This document shows, piece after piece, positions 27,301-39,730 of a stretch of DNA of 64,000 nucleotides; the first letter of the stretch is position 1; every line of letters starts with the position of its first letter. The stretch is from NCBI GenBank assembly GCA_964016885.1, contig OZ024740.1, positions 52,886,001 through 52,950,000 on the forward strand, read 5' to 3'. The position numbers and the translations under genes were made by a program. The notes under the pieces were generated by a model that was given only the letters and a program-made list of their open reading frames with translations, did not search any database and was not told the origin of the DNA. The DNA is from Eledone cirrhosa (lineage: Eukaryota).

Positions 27301-27809
27301 TCGAGTAACCCCTTGAGGCTGTTACACCCCCCTCTATTAGGACATGCTCCTGCATAGTCCCAACGTGCATCCAGGATGTCATTCCAATCCCCCGCTAGAA
27401 GCAGGGAACGCGACGTTCCCAGAAAAGTCTCCAAACGCTGGAAGAAGTCGGGCCGTTCAGCTCCGAAAGGGGAGTAGACGGCGACCAGTCTCAAGGCCGC
27501 ACTTTCACTACTGCCAACGTCTAGCACCAACAAACGACCCTCCGGGTCCGAGTGCACAACCTGTACGGCAAGACCCAGGTGTTTTTGCAGCAGTACGACA
27601 ACCCTACCCCCACCTCCAGGTTGACAGAGAGATGCATGCACCTCAAAGTCATCGAAGGTGGGGGCCAGCTGCCGCACGACGCTGATTCGAGTCTCACAGA
27701 TAACCATTACATTTATACTACATGACCTGAGGTCATTTAGAAGCTTTGCTTGCTTCCAAGTTGAGCCCAGGCCACGTGCATTCAAACATCCTACTCTTAA
27801 CACATCCAT
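24373..27809 (-). pseudogene. LINE ORF2: AP endonuclease, reverse transcriptase and C-terminal Cys/His motif, broken into three frames
   Basis: CLNARGL, GDWN, SYLDRF, TDH (APE); KSPGLDG, FRPITLLN, DQSKAFDRV, RQGCPLS, YAYD (mutated YADD); CPRC...ETVAHALVQC. Confidence 0.95.
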
Positions 27810-27842
27810 GTGGGCGGCAGAGCCAAAGGAGAGTGTAGAGAC

Positions 27843-29722
27843 CTACCTTTCCGCTTCCCGGGGTTCGGGTTGCACGACTTCCATGGGGTCGGGGGTGTTG
27901 GGTGAAGGGGTGTCTTGTGGTGGTGTGGGGTCGTCAGTGTGTGGTGGGGTTGGGGTGTTTGGAGTTGTGTTGGGGAGGGGAAGGGGAGGGGGAAAGCTTT
28001 TTAGTAGGACGCGGTTTATGGGTTTGACAGAGGGTGGTCCTACGTCCTCCTTAAAATCCTTTTTTAGTTTTTGGTAGAGGTTCATTGGGATCTTTATTAG
28101 TTTTAAATGTGGGTAGTTTTCTGACGAAACAAAGTTTACACCTTCGGTTTGTACCGAAGGATTATTGTATATGAGTTCATTTAATTTATTATTGTTTCTG
28201 TTGATGTAAGTATAGTGTAATGTCTTTTTTTCGGATGGTGTGAGTGTTTCGAAGAGGGGAGGGGCAGGTTTGGTTTTGTTTGTTGCTGGAGGGGTGTTTT
28301 CTGTTTTGTTGGATTGTGTTGAGATTTGGGTGGGGGTTGTTTGGCCTTGTGTGTTTTGCACATGTTTTCTTTTTTTCCTTTTAATCTGTCTGAAGGACTC
28401 CGTTTCTTCCTCCGAATTCGTTGGAGGGAAGAGGTATGTTTGCTGGTAATGTTTCCGTGTTGGTTTTCTTTGTGGGGGAGATGGATGTCACTATGTTAGA
28501 CTGTGTTGTGTGTTGTGTCTGCGGTGGTTGTGTTGTTTTATTGAGTGAGAGGTTGGGTGGGCCTGTATTTTGTTTTGGGGTAATGTGTTGTGACTGTTTG
28601 TGTTGTGGTGGTGTTGTGGTTTTACTGAGGGACGGGTTGGGTGGGACTGAGTTTTGTTGTTTGTTTATCTGTTGTGGTGGTGGTGGTGGAGCTGGTGTTG
28701 GTAGCAGGGTTTTCTTTTTGTTGAGTTGGGGACAAGCGGCCTTCAGGTGCCCTCTGCCTGCACAGATATGGCAGGACGGCCTTCTCCCCTCCACGCTAAT
28801 GTTTATATACCCGTGGTCCTCTAATAGGATTCTGTCGGGTATTTGGGCGATGCGTTCAGGCTTCATTTGCACTACCAGCTCTATACCTGTTCCACTGAAC
28901 GCATTGCCTGTGGTTTTCCCAATGGAAATCACGTTGTCATTCACTGGATCGATGAAGCCAGCTATGAGCCAGCAGTAGTCCACATCTGGCATCATTGCAT
29001 TCAGCCATATGCGTTGAGTTCTTTTCCCCATATAAGATGGATAAAAGGTGAAATTTTTCGAACGAATCGGTGACAAAGCACATTTTTTTGCCGCCGATTC
29101 GTTCTTCATGATAATTGCTAGGCTTCCATACAGTCTGTCTTTTCTTATGAAAGTGGTTTCATTAAGTACTTCTGTGAGTACTGTTTTGATATCTGCTTGA
29201 GAAGGCTGTTCAGGTTTTTTTGTACTGTTGTTGATGGTCCGAAACTTGACCGTTCGGCTTTCAATGTCTTTCGTGAATTCTTGAGGCATTTTTACCGATA
29301 AAATACCATTCTCTCCTTCACTTATGTATTGTTTGGCGTCCGTGATCCTTGGTGCCACATCTGAAATTTTTTCCGCTATATAAGTCAAAGATTTCTTTGT
29401 TTTCTGTGCAAATGAAATCTTGTCGTCTGCTTTGCTTTCTGATATGGTGTTATTTTCAAATGTTATTTTTGTGTTTGTTGTGTCTGTTTGTGTTATTAGT
29501 ATTGTCATGCAATTTTTCAAATTTTTTTTTTTCGTTGTTGGAATCCATGTCCAGATTTGTGTTTTCGTCATTTTTTTTCTCCGCAGATTCGTCTGTTTTT
29601 ATTTTAATTTTTCCTTCCTTCTCTATGACGTTAGTTGGGAAGGAAGGGGGGACTAAAGCGTGCGAGCTTACAACTCTTACCGCTGTCCTCCCACCACTAT
29701 TTTCGTTCGCTGCGTTTAACAT
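27843..29722 (-). pseudogene. LINE ORF1 with CCHC zinc knuckle and Pro/Thr/Gln-rich tail, split into three frames
   Basis: CHICAGRGHLKAAC in ORF 28381-29571; adjoining frames 29456-29722 and 27843-28361 are linked near A-rich runs. Confidence 0.85.
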
Positions 29723-30924
29723 TTCTGTTAGACGATTGAAATTTTTTACACAAAATTTTTTAAAACAGGTTTTTCACCTCTAGGAGGGGTAAAGATGAGC
29801 TGACCCACCGCCTGACAGTTCAGACGGAGGGTCAAGCTACACAATTGTATCAAAATTAAGTTTGAACTCACAAAATTTCCTCAATAAATTTGAACAAAAC
29901 TCTGTGCGAAGTGAATGACATCCACACTGTAGAACAGACGACAGCTAGATTGAGAGAGAAAGAAAGAGATAGAGAGCGAGAAAGAAAGGAAGAGAGAGAG
30001 AGTTAATTCCACAACAAATTCACAAACCATGCATGAGAGCACGCGTTTCAATCAAAGGATTCTTCAACTCGTGTATGGCTATAGTGAGAACGGAAGTATT
30101 TATGAGCTGGCTAGATTCTGCATGGCAGATGTCTGTAGTTGAATGACAAGAGACATAACTAAAATATGACTATTGTAGAGATAGTTCAGTCCGGGTTAAC
30201 CTTCTGGCCTTCTGGTGATCCTGGGTCCTTCCAGTTAGGCAATACAAATTTCGCACCATGGGGGCAGCGATTAAAAAACTAGCTCTTGTCATAAGGCAAG
30301 CACTGTTACGTAACCTCTGAAAGATATCTTTTATCGATGCGCAACTTCCAGGACGTCGTTCCATTCTATATATATATAGAATAGAAGAGAGTCGGGATCC
30401 AATGATTGAGCTCTTGCCGTTTCCACAGCAAATTCCAGATTTAATGACTGAATGTATATACGTGTGTCTGTGTGTGTGCAGGTGTTTATATATATCTACG
30501 CAGACCCGAGTATATATATACATATATCATGGTCCGAGTAAAAAGCCCCTACTACAACCACTCCCTTCCACGCCCTTTTCCTACTTTTGCTGTTAAATTA
30601 TAACCTAATTCTGACAATCTCCTAAATCATCACTTTTCCCGTTTGATAATACCAGCATCACCACTAACTGACCATATGCTACCATCTCTTTCACCACCTG
30701 ATTTGACTAAGTGACCCAGTGTTCCACATCCACCAGAAATTCTTATTCCTAAAATGAATATCCCTAAAGAATTTTGGTGAAGTAAAGATGAAATCGTGAG
30801 AGCTCGCAGTCAGATCTACACCTTATTAATATATATATGACCGACTGGACGAACTCATGCTTTTTTTCTGTTTCTTCCTCTTCTCACACTCCCATATTTC
30901 TATATTTCTTCTTTTATTTCTCAC

Positions 30925-30968
30925 GGTATCTTCCGATAAAGGACTATTGTCCGAAACGTTAACACCCT
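30925..30968 (+). ncRNA. Degenerate minimal hammerhead-like motif in a PLE-like remnant
   Basis: CCGATAA agga-ctattg-tcc GAAA CG TT; core deviates at positions 4 and 8. Confidence 0.4.
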
Positions 30969-31046
30969 TTTCTTACTATATCAAGCATTAAACTAATATA
31001 TCTCTTCATTGTACTGAATGCTTTGCTTTGTTGTTTTTCGTTTACT

Positions 31047-31181
<135 letters not shown>

Positions 31182-31224
31182 GTGACGAAACATAAGTCAA
31201 TTGCATGAACTCATAATCCTTTAT

Positions 31225-31284
31225 TTACTGCTATATATATTTCGATGATAGCCATTGAATGGCTATGACCTCATCAGACAGTTA
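31225..31284 (-). ncRNA. Type I hammerhead ribozyme motif
   Basis: Minus strand: actgt CTGATGA ggtc-atagccat-tca-atggctat-catc GAAA TATATA TA gcagt; within a ~160-bp insert between (TA)n tracts. Confidence 0.82.
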
Positions 31285-31342
31285 GTCAGTTCTTAGATAT
31301 GCCAGATCTGTGTTTTTGGTGTTGATGGTTTCAGAGCCTTGC

Positions 31343-31392
<50 letters not shown>

Positions 31393-31539
31393 AGCCCGCG
31401 GGCCGCATGTTTGACATACCTGGTGTGAATGGCTTTGAATCAAAATGTATGTGTGTAATCCTGTTTCAAATATCAGCTTATAACTCAGGATTAATTAGAA
31501 TTAAAAAATAATTTAGAAATGAAAGTAAAGGGAAATAAT

Positions 31540-31830
31540 TATGTGGCTTAGTGGTTATCGTGTTCGGTTCCCAATCGTAAGATGGTGTTTGATCCCTGGC
31601 GGTGCGCTGTGTCCTTGAGCAAGATATTTTATTTCACGTTGCTTCAGTGCACTTAACTGGCAAAATGTGTTGTACCTATAATTCAAAAGACCATCTTTGT
31701 CACCCACTGTGTTACACTGAATCTCCTAAGAGTGCACGTGTCTGTGGAATGTTTAGCCACTTGCACGTTAATTTCATGAGCAGTTTATTCCACTGTTCTT
31801 ATAACTGGAACACTTGTTGGAGGCGTCATG
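31540..31830 (+). mobile_element. Second tRNA-derived SINE family (Meta/CORE-like body)
   Basis: A-box TGGCTTAGTGG, degenerate B-box GTTTGATCCC, body GTGTCCTTGAGCAAGA. Confidence 0.65.
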
Positions 31831-32005
31831 GGTTCCATACAACACAAGAAGGAGGAAAGAAAAGTCGAAACAATGACACCATTATTAACAGAAAATATTA
31901 CTTTATTTGAATCTTAAGAAACAAAAGTATAAAGATGTTCGTCACCATTCTGAAACAAAGGGTAACTGAAGAGAATCTTGGTTGATATCTTTCCATGCAT
32001 AAATA

Positions 32006-32390
32006 TAATTGTTTCTACTTTTGGCACAAGGCCAGCAACTATCTCAGTGTATTGCTGGTACTTTATTTTATCGACCCTGTAAGGATGAAAGGCAAAGTTA
32101 ACCTCGGTGGGATTTGAACTCAGATCATAAAGGGGCGTAACTCTATGCTGCAAAGCATGGCGTTTGTCCCTTTACTGATACTGCCAATCCACATTTGTAA
32201 AATAATTGTTTCTACGTTTGGCACAAGGCCAGCAATTACCCAGATCATTACTGGTACTTTATTTTATCGATCCCGTAAGGATGAAAGGCAAAGTTAACCT
32301 CGGCGGGATTTGAACTCAGAATGGCAAGGGCCGTAACTCTATACGTCAAAGCATAGCGTCCGACCCTCTACCGATACAGCCAATCCACCA
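32006..32390 (-). mobile_element. Two tandem tRNA-derived SINEs (32006-32192, 32202-32390)
   Basis: Both match the major family in reverse. Confidence 0.9.
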
Positions 32391-32983
32391 CTCATACATA
32401 AATATAATGCTACTGGACGTCTATGTTGGTTTGATCATAACTAAGCAGAAATTTTGTAGAGGGATAGTCAATTTTACGCTTTATTATACTTTTGTAAGGG
32501 TCATGTTGTTAATCAAAACACACGCAACGGTGTTTTTCATTTGACGGTTATTATTAATCAGGTAATTAATCCATTAATCAAGTGGTTAATTGATGCATTA
32601 ATTAATTGTTACCGTCCTTTCATCACACTCAGTGAACCTATCGATGACATTTGTCCTCTGTATATCTTCTTCGTCTATACTTACCTCAACAACTTTAAAT
32701 GAAAGGTTCGTAATTATAATGAGGGTAGAGGGCGAGCTGAAAGAATGAAGAAGCAAAAGAGAGGGGATGTATATATTGATGTATTTCGCAGTGCCCCAGC
32801 ATGGACTCAGCCATATAAAGGATAACAAAATATCGTTATAGGTAATCCAGTTTGAGGTTGCGAATACTTCTTATTATGGATAGTTTTAGCGTACGGCTTT
32901 GTTTGACCCAACAAGAGGTCTACGTAGATGGCGAGTTTATGATTTCACTTGTATTCCTATGTAAGTTTATCTTGGAGTAATAA

Positions 32984-33418
<435 letters not shown>

Positions 33419-33421
33419 AAA

Positions 33422-33640
33422 TAATGGTTTCTCATATTGGCACAAGGCCAGCAATTTTGGAGGAGGGGAAAGTCGATTAAATCGACCCCAGTATGTTACT
33501 GGTGCTTTATTTCATCGATCCTGTAAGGATCAAAGGCAAAGCTAAACTCGGCGGGATTTGAACTCAGAACGTAAAGGACCGTAAGTCTAATTCGCTAAGC
33601 ACAATGTCTGATGCTCTACCGATTCTGCCAATCCATAGCC
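33422..33640 (-). mobile_element. tRNA-derived SINE
   Basis: Longer subfamily with the ggaggaggggaaagtcga segment, as at 23202. Confidence 0.85.
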
Positions 33641-33692
33641 CTAATAACAATAATAGTAATAACAATAATAACAATGAGTATAACCGATTTAC

Positions 33693-33780
<88 letters not shown>

Positions 33781-33816
33781 GAGAGAGAGTAAGAGAAAGA
33801 GAGAGTGAGTGAGAGA

Positions 33817-33858
<42 letters not shown>

Positions 33859-34158
33859 GTGAGAGAGCAACAGAGAGAGAGAGAGAGAAAGAGATTTGGC
33901 CATGGTAAAGTATAAGCAAAATTACTTAATATAAGACAGATATAGAGAAATGGCGTCAATATTAAAAGAGTAGCAATTTAAGATGTTATATACTTTCATT
34001 ATAGAACAATGATATGATAGCTTAAGAGAAGAAAACAAAAAAATATAGAGTGGGATAATGACAGATTGTTAAATATATTGGCAGATAAAACAGGGACAGG
34101 AAAAAATGATGTAAGCACGTGACATACAAACACATACACACGCACACATACACAAACA

Positions 34159-34202
<44 letters not shown>

Positions 34203-35029
34203 AACACACACACACATATATATATATAAAGGGTTGGAGCAGAGGAAAGAGATAAGAGCAACGAATAGACATGATAAAAGTTTTATAGTAAAAGATATTT
34301 TAAAAGAAATGAAATATCATAAAAGAAAAAAATGATAGGAAAATATAATAAATAACGAGAATGAATCAAATATACATAGATAATAAAAGAGATGCTGTTA
34401 CCATTTATCAGTGTTACCTTTTGCAGGCTTGATGACAGATTATTAGTCTATATCATGTTGATAATATTATGAGAATTATATTCGGGAGAATAAAAAATAC
34501 TGAATTCAAAATTGATAAGGAACATTTACGCTATATTTTCTTTATATATATATATTTTACTTTACCCTCTCACATACATATTTGCTGATTTTACCTGAAG
34601 GTATTTTCCAATGATGATACATGTTCAACATAATGATCATTTTAGCAATGGTAAGGAACAGTTGCTTTAAAATTATAGAAATTAAAAATTTGTATGCTTT
34701 TCTGTTTAAAAAAATATTGTATTAGAGATGTAATACAAGATAACTAACTTATTTACTTATTTACTTGGCTGACGCTTAAATTATATTTTCAAAAATTAAC
34801 TAACAATAAAAATGAAAATAGAATAAACAAAACGATCAAATAAAAAAAGACATCAGTAGCTATAATGTAATAATCCTGAAAGTCATATGTAATTTAAGAA
34901 ATCACCTCGATTGGAAACAATGTTCAGAAACTATAAAAAAACATATTTCACTCATATAATACGTCCACATACATACATACATACATACATACATACATAC
35001 ATACATACATACATACATACATACACACA

Positions 35030-35091
<62 letters not shown>

Positions 35092-35191
35092 AAAGGTAAA
35101 CAGAAATAACAACACAATCAGTACAGTATATGGAAGGGATATATTAGGTTAACGCTTGATATAGCAGGAAGATATATATATATATAATAAT

Positions 35192-35380
35192 AATAATTGT
35201 TTCTACTTTTGGCAGAAGGCCAGCAATTACCCAGTGCATTACTGGTACTTTATTTTATCGACCCCGTGAGGATGAAAGGCAAAGTTAACCTCAGCGAGAT
35301 TGAACTCAGAATGAAAAGGGCCGTGACTCTGCGTCAAAGCATGGCGTCCGACCCTCTACCGATACTGCCAATCCACCGCC
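35192..35380 (-). mobile_element. tRNA-derived SINE
   Basis: Full-length reverse copy within (TAA)n. Confidence 0.9.
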
Positions 35381-35671
35381 CTATAATAATAATAATAATA
35401 CAAGGACGATTTGTTATGCCTTCATTACGTTTATTGATTTGTGACGAGCGTTTCGCTATTGATCAGCTCAATGTTCGATCTGTATCGATCTGGCCCGACT
35501 CTGGAATCAAAAGCTCGCCGGACCTCAGCTGTTGTAATGTCATTTCAACAGCAGAGATCCTTATATTATTATATTTACACTCTGTTTAGCTCTACACCTC
35601 ACTACAGACGTGAATCTAAACATCGCGTTCTCACCTGGGTGAACCTAGAGTAACTTCATGTTACACTCCCT

Positions 35672-35734
<63 letters not shown>

Positions 35735-35814
35735 ATAAATGAAACAAAACAAAACATAGGAATCAAAATTACACAGTTATATTAGGTTCATATATGTGTG
35801 TGTGTGTGTATTAT

Positions 35815-36012
35815 ATGTTTCTAGCATAGGCACATGACCAGCAGTTTTAGGCGGAGAGGAAAGTTGATTAAACCGACCGCAGTACGTGACAGTTACTTTA
35901 TATTATCGACGTTTTAAGTATTAGAGGCAAAATTGACCTCAGCCGGATTTGAACTCATAAACTAAAGCCACAAAACATTTTATCTAAATCTTCTAACGAT
36001 TCTGCCAATCCA
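35815..36012 (-). mobile_element. Diverged tRNA-derived SINE
   Basis: ggatttgaactc B-box and ctgccaatcc head in reverse. Confidence 0.75.
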
Positions 36013-36445
36013 TCGTACGTATATAGTTTATAATTCAACAAAATTAGCGACTGTGCTAAGTTTCATTTTTTTCCCCATCGTATGTGTGCGTATATATGTC
36101 TTACAAAGAGCCATGTAGCTAATATCATATCAAATAGGAATAAAAAAAGGCGTGAGGGCGCACAAAACAAAGACAAGGAAAAACACAACGGAGAAAATGG
36201 ACTGTCTTCCCTCTTCAGACAACTTAAGGTTTTGGTGTAATGAATTCGAGATTATTCATTCCAGTGCACATGCGTCAACTAAAAAGGAAGAGATAACAAT
36301 TCTCGAGAAGAGAAAAATAGAAATATATTTTGGACTGTAATCCCACGAAGGAGAGGCGACAGAATGAGGCCGTTTAAACAGCCTAAGAGACAGACAGTGG
36401 AGGGAAGCATAGATAGAGACAGGAGGAAATGAACGTGAGAGGTAT

Positions 36446-36489
<44 letters not shown>

Positions 36490-36502
36490 TGTGTGAGAGA
36501 GG

Positions 36503-36536
<34 letters not shown>

Positions 36537-36684
36537 AGTAGAGAAAAAAGAAAGGAAGGAAGAAAGGAAGAAGTTTGTGGTCTGTGTAATGTCTATTTTT
36601 AGACGGGTGTTTGAAAGACCCGTGTAGCTAAGACCATATCAAATAGGAATCAAAGACAATGAAAAAAACAACGAAAGAAAAAAC

Positions 36685-36721
<37 letters not shown>

Positions 36722-37236
36722 ACTTAACATTCGAACCCGTAACTATAACATTGCTTTCTAGCTAACCACTTTCTCTTCCCCCACACTACAAGACAATACC
36801 CTGCTTATCACTATAAATGGGAACTTAGTGCAATTCGTAGATTACTACTATGAACCCAATGTTCACCCACCCCATAGCTTTCGTCTGTCCCCCCTCTATC
36901 TCTCCCTCTCTATCCATTCCACTCTCTCTCTCTCGCCCTAGGTCTACCTCCCTCCCTCTCCACATCTATGAACCTGCCCTCTGGGGCAATAAATAATTCC
37001 AACCTTGACTATCAACGCATCGCTTAAGGTGGTCGCTTTAAGAGTAACCAGTATCATAAACTCCTACCACAATATTTTGATTAAGATATCTACAAACCAC
37101 TCTCTCCCATTTCTCCAACCCCTGCATATCTTTCTCTCTCTCTCTTCCTCTCCCCTTCTTTTCTCTCTTTCTTTTCTACTCTATCTTCCCCAATAACCTC
37201 ACTTAAGGGTATTTACATTGTACATTTTAACCATTC

Positions 37237-37348
37237 TGCTCTGATGAATCAGTGGTCACAGCATTTGATAATTGAGTTTTGCAAATAGTTATAAATTTGC
37301 ACATAGCATAACTAGGCTGTATAACCACCGTGGAAACATTTGTAAGCA
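37237..37348 (+). ncRNA. Hammerhead ribozyme motif with 85-nt stem II region (copies at 42725-42836 and 48215-48326)
   Basis: tgct CTGATGA atcag-tggt-c-acagc...gctgt-ata-acca-ccgtg GAAA CATTTG TA agca. Confidence 0.65.
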
Positions 37349-37420
37349 CACAGAATAAATTACCTTTTTATGATGTCTACCTGTTATTATTCATTCTTTA
37401 TATATATATATATATATATA

Positions 37421-37864
37421 CTAGACCTGAAAAATGCGCAAGCTCAAAAGAGCCACAGAATGTCATAATAAACGTTCAAAAGTGTGGGACTAGAGTTGTT
37501 GCTCAAAAATATTGTAAGCATTATCTATCGTACACTCTGTGACATCCTTTTATAAAAAAGAGACTCATAACGAACTCAAGACGACACGATAATTATTTAA
37601 GCTAATGTTCAATATCTCATATTAGATGTTTAGTAATGATTAATACGAAATGCACTTAAACCGAATTCTATATTATAAATTCACTTAAATAATTATCGTG
37701 TCGTCTTGAGTTCGTTATGAGTCGCTTTTTTATAAAAGGATGCCACAGAATGTACGATAGATAATGATTACAATATTTTTGAGCAACAACTCTAGTCCCA
37801 CACTTTTGAACGTTTATTATAACATTCTGTGGCTCTTTTGAGCCTGCGCATTTTCCAGGTCTAG
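37421..37864. mobile_element. Fold-back element with ~180-bp arms, each ending like a Helitron 3' terminus (also in units 2 and 3)
   Basis: Hairpin ggctc-tttt-gagcc (37831-37844) lies 16 nt before CTAG|T (37861-37864); inverted copy ends at 37421. Confidence 0.55.
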
Positions 37865-38704
37865 TTTAATATTTTTTTTAAGGCAACGCCTGTAATAACT
37901 CTAGTTAAACATGATATATATTAATAATAAATTATCGTTGTAATATAATTAGATTATATAATTGTTATTTTATAAATGATCTTATAAATATTATTGTAAG
38001 ATGTATAAAAATATTTTCAGACTTTTAATATAAACAACAACAAAAACCAATCAATATTAAATAAATATATTTTACATAATAATTGTTATAGTTGAATTAA
38101 TAAAAATTAAATATTACATACAAATAGTCTAACATAATAAAAAGATAATCTAACATAATAATAATAAAATAATCTAACATAAAACGAACAATAATATGAT
38201 ACAACCAATATTATAAGCATGTTATAACGAACTGAAAAAAAATAGTTAATATAAATTTAAAAAATCATATATAAATTAACAATATAACTTACCAAAACGA
38301 GAAAAATATTTTGATGATAAACGACGAAATACAGGAGGAAGATTCGAAAGCGAAACAATAAATAAACGTGCAAACAAAATGGCGGATGCTTTGAGCAACA
38401 ATTACTCTCGTTGGTTGATTAGCCAATAAGACGATGCAATTAGTCAATAAGACGATACATTACAAAATATGTTCGGCAGCGATCATCACCACGGCCAGCG
38501 ACACCCCTTGAATTTTTTATTCACAAGCTACGCATATATGACTTAAAACATTCTGTTGTTAGTTACTGCGTCTCTAACTGATATACATCTCTATCTGACG
38601 ACCGATCCAGACGTATATATTATTATCGTCTGTGATCCAGAAACCTTTGGTAATGGAGTAGTTATATTTTGTGTTATTCACTTTCTAACTAAATATATAT
38701 ATAT

Positions 38705-39415
38705 ATCTTGGTTGTCCATCGTAAACGATGATGACATCTTCTTTATTGTTGTTCCCGTCTACGTGAGCACGAAGGTGGCTGTGGAGGCTGATCCTTGACT
38801 TGCAGGTCCGGGGACAGTTGAGGCAGAGGAAGAGACCGGAGTCAGACCGGCAACTCCCAGAGATTACCTCTACCTCTCGCTTATCGCCGCAGGGCTTTGG
38901 GAGTGCACGCTAAAGAAGAAACCCGTGCGGGAAAGGTTTATAGTGGGAGGGCCAGTGCACAGTGACGGTCCCACTCACTCGGCCGCAGAAGCCAGAATCC
39001 GGTGGTACGGCGGACCGTCACAACCAGGGACTTCCTTGGCTGCAGTGGATGGCCACGACGTCTGTAGTGCCTTGCCGTGCCCTAGCCCTCTACACTGCTT
39101 GCTGTCGCCGCCTTTGTGACCGTTGGGACGATGTTGTCCTCCCCAACTCTCTCCTCTGGGTCCAGTCTTCGCATGCAGGGGCAGGAATCCTCTATCTAAC
39201 TCAGGGGGTTCAGACCCGTCCGGTTATCCTCAACCTTCTTCGGCCAGCCAGCCAAGGTGGTTTACCGGGGTGTGGCCGCCGTCGCATGCTACAGCTTCTT
39301 GGGGCCGCAGGTGACAGCTGAGTGTCAGGTGGGACCCAATGCAGGACGAGTTGTCCTGAAAAGGGCATGGCTAGCCCTCCCTACAGAGGTACATGCCCCT
39401 CCCTGACACCCCAGG
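38705..39415 (-). mobile_element. Bipartite non-autonomous RTE-type element (GC-rich 5'UTR fused to 3' end); also about 44193-44903 and 49685-50395
   Basis: Minus-strand 3' part translates to CLNCPRTCKSRISLHSHLRAH, followed by gtcatcatcgtttacgatggacaaccaaga and (TA)n. Confidence 0.7.
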
Positions 39416-39474
39416 CATATACACACGCATATACATACACATACATATGTACATGTGTATATACATATTTACAC

Positions 39475-39648
39475 ACTTTTGGATGGCCGTTGAGTCTTAT
39501 GAGTTCTTCCGCCCTTTGTGAGGTTTTGTTTTTTGTCCTGCAGGGTCACTCATGAGTGCTACTGGTAACATGCAAACCGGTACAACCTGTCGCATGGTCG
39601 GGTCGTCGGCGACTAAACCCCACCAAGTTTACTTGTTGAGGAGGGTGA
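39475..39648. mobile_element. Rearranged head of the 20176-type RTE family, one half inverted
   Basis: 39475-39547 is the reverse complement of about 20298-20372; 39553-39648 matches about 20191-20292 forward. Confidence 0.75.
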
Positions 39649-39680
39649 TATATATATATATATACATACATACACACACA

Positions 39681-39727
<47 letters not shown>

Positions 39728-39730
<3 letters not shown>

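Larger units (their letters stand above)
24158..29951 (-). mobile_element. Full-length Tx1/L1-clade LINE (~5.8 kb) with 22-bp TSD in a (TC)-rich target
   Basis: TSD GAGAGAGAAAGAAAGAGATAGA at 24136-24157 and 29952-29973; ORF1 plus APE-RT ORF2; AATAAA at the 3' end. Confidence 0.95.
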
